This document shows positions 61,663 through 64,000 of a DNA stretch of 64,000 nt, piece by piece. Every line of letters begins with the position of its first letter. Positions within the stretch are counted from its first letter, which is position 1. Source of the stretch: Raillietiella orientalis (Eukaryota); assembly GCA_036172245.1 (NCBI GenBank), contig JAYWIR010000007.1, positions 5,270,001 through 5,334,000 on the forward strand, in the 5' to 3' direction. A program made the position numbers and the translations under genes. A model generated the notes under the pieces. The model was given only the letters and a program-made list of their open reading frames with translations. It ran no database searches and was not told the DNA's origin.

Positions 61663-64000
61663 CTTTTTAAAAAACAAATTTAACCCCATATGCAAGCACA
61701 AGCCACTTACCATCAGCGACTGATTCCATTTGTTTCTCTTTGGTTTGAAAAATACTGGAAGAATTCGAATTTGGTCGATTCTGTATAAAAATATGAGATC
61801 CTGTCATTGATGCAATCAATTTACCTGGATGCACTTATCAGAACCATACATGTTTTGAAAATACGGTATAGGAATAGGGATAGGTACAGGAATGGGGATT
61901 GGTATGGGAACCACAGATACTGATGATATGTACGGAATTGGAATCGGAATTATAAGAGGAACTGGTGTAGGAGTAAATGATTTATCATTTGGCTGGGAAG
62001 AACACTGAGTTCCTTTGGTCACTAGAATAGGTTGACACCAAACACATTTATTACTAACAGCTACTGGTTCTCGCATCCCCATCAAGATCTGCAAGTACAT
62101 TCTAATTTTCTCTGTTAGAACTTATAGCCTTACCTCTTTCTGGATTGAAGGTCCAGACATAATCTGATCGTCAGCACAAGAACCAATGGGAAAATCATTC
62201 TTGCAGTGCACCTGTGTATCAGATTTAGTGCTTGCAGGGTCAACAGTATGAGATACAGTGATTGCTAGGATTTAAAAAAAAAAAAAAAAACCCACTCTAG
62301 TTCCCAATAAGAAAATATGAACAACCTGGGGATAGAGTAGTGATGACATTTTTTTGCTCCTGAAGCATCTTCTCTGCTTGTCGCAAACAAGTTGGTGAGC
62401 ACACTCCTTGTAAAGAACCATTCAATACAATCAGTTTATGCTGTGAAGAAGATAACTGATGGCAAATCGCACACTCATGGGTGCTATTGGCAGAACAGTG
62501 CTGATGAGTTGTCAAACAGAACAGAGAACAGAACAGGTGTTGTTGGCCATTCGCATCAGCCTTTTCGATCATATCAAAGTTGTATTTTTTAACCTAACAC
62601 ACAACTCTGACATCTAAGAAAAATTAGTTGTTGCTTACCTTGCAGTTGGCACAAGCAACAATTTTTCGATTGGCCACAATGAAGACATTGAAGCATGTAT
62701 GTGAACAGAACAGCTGCCGATCTCCCGAGAAGTTAATGACCCAATTCTCTTCTTTGCTTTGAATTTTTGGATTCCAGTCAAAGTACTTTTGACACATTCC
62801 ACAGCACACTAATGTACAGATCAGCACTCACTCTGAAGATTCAACTAACCTAAATCCAGCTTCTTTGCAGACATGTACGCAATAACACATGGATCACTGC
62901 AGAGAGGGATTGTTGAAGAATTAGATTTCAAAATTCCTGTTTGAATTTCTTTTTCTTCTCCACATACAACACAGGAGTCAACTTGCAACTGGCCAGAACC
63001 TGCACAAATCCGTTCATATGCATCAACACATTCCTGATTGCAAAAATCCTATGAAACAAATGTTGGAACATGCTCCACAAGTTATACATATAACCATGCC
63101 TTTAATTGTCCAGAACTCAGTTGTGCAAAAAGACCAGGTCCTTGGATGTTGTTCTGGCAAAAATGGCATGCATGCTTCTCTTTTTTGTACGCTTCCAAGC
63201 AACGATGACTGCAAAATTGCTTGATAAAACAGCCAAAACGGACACACAATTTGCCTAGTGAACTGGGCTGGCAAGTTCCATCACAATAGGTGCAAAAAGA
63301 ACCAATTTGCTGCTGCCGTTTGCCTGTTGACAGAAATTTAGTTTTTTTCATTTGCATTGCTGGATACAATAAAGTATGCAACATAAAAACGTGTATTTCA
63401 ATAATTTGCATGTTACATGATGTACATGAGGTTTATCTCCTACAAAAGCTTTTCAAAGACAGGCTAATATTATTTATTCAAGCAAGCAGAAACTGCACAA
63501 TGATCCAAGGATTCAATACTGATTTGCATAAACCATAGCTTCACTGCCAAGAGTTATCATTTCCTTAATAATTCAAGGTCATCTTGAGAGATAATTTATA
63601 CCATGAATAAGCTGTGCATCTTGTGTTCGTTTCATTGCACTACAAGTGCAAAGAATAGCTATTACACAACATATGCACTTGACATGCACATCATAAACAA
63701 AAAGAAATTTCAAATTTCCTCAAAGACCACCACTTTTGTATACTTATTAGGTAATACAACACAGATATTAAATTTTCTTCACTTGTTTCTGCCATTTTTT
63801 TAAAATATAAATTCCTTTCGTTTCTAATTATCTTTTCTTTCCTGGTACTGACTTATCTGCGGTTTTGGCAGAACCAACAGCTAGTGATCAGGAAGATGAG
63901 AACTGTAAAGTCAATTTAGTTTTAGATAAGCTAAATTGATTTCTGAAGAGATAATTATCATCACATACTTTTTGTCCAGAAGCTTTCTACCATATTTGCA
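60369..64000 (-). CDS. ZMYM4: ZMYM2/3/4 / Woc-family MYM-type zinc-finger protein, 3' portion (5' end probably beyond the window)
   Basis: FCS/MYM fingers (FCSHRCL, FCSHTCF, FCSLFCL at 62.3-63.3 kb), a PXP-rich segment, then the DUF3504 domain: FNYGVEAWRQWV...FVKEVRKPDGEEYAPDSIFYLCLG|LQQYL...[30 protein letters not shown]...PLRCPVKLFEFYLSRC|PESV...PVWYSEQPL; TGA at 60371-60369. The paralogue cannot be assigned, so the symbol denotes the family. Confidence 0.93.
61864..61974 (-). repeat. Coding low-complexity PXP repeat of ZMYM
   Basis: Encodes PTPVPLIIPIPIPY...VPIPIPIPVPIPIPIPY, typical of ZMYM/Woc proteins between the fingers and DUF3504. Confidence 0.85.

Overview
Eukaryotic (animal) genomic DNA with GT-AG introns; most ORFs in the supplied track are spurious GC-rich frames or single exons. 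Three protein-coding genes are recognisable, all on the minus strand. (1) A dystrophin/utrophin-family gene: the N-terminal CH domains and spectrin-repeat rod sit in a compact AT-rich block at ~15.8-25.7 kb with ~50-nt introns, three more rod exons lie at 10.1-11.6 kb, and the C-terminal domains were not found in the window. (2) A complete 10-exon Notum (Wnt palmitoleoyl deacylase, 575 aa by my splice model) at 35137-50995. (3) The 3' part of a ZMYM/Woc-family MYM zinc-finger gene from 60369 to the right edge. The most notable unexplained structures are: a ~1-kb diverged foldback palindrome with a perfect central hairpin inside Notum intron 5, plus a second perfect 20-bp hairpin beside it; abrupt CpG-depleted versus CpG-rich domains, one boundary of which cuts through the dystrophin gene; and a ~100-aa poly-arginine insertion in Notum. 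An invertebrate with mosaic DNA methylation, possibly a basal nematode, is my guess for the organism and is inference only. I see no CRISPR array, rRNA, intact tRNA or transposase, and I cannot claim a wholly new biological system from the sequence alone.
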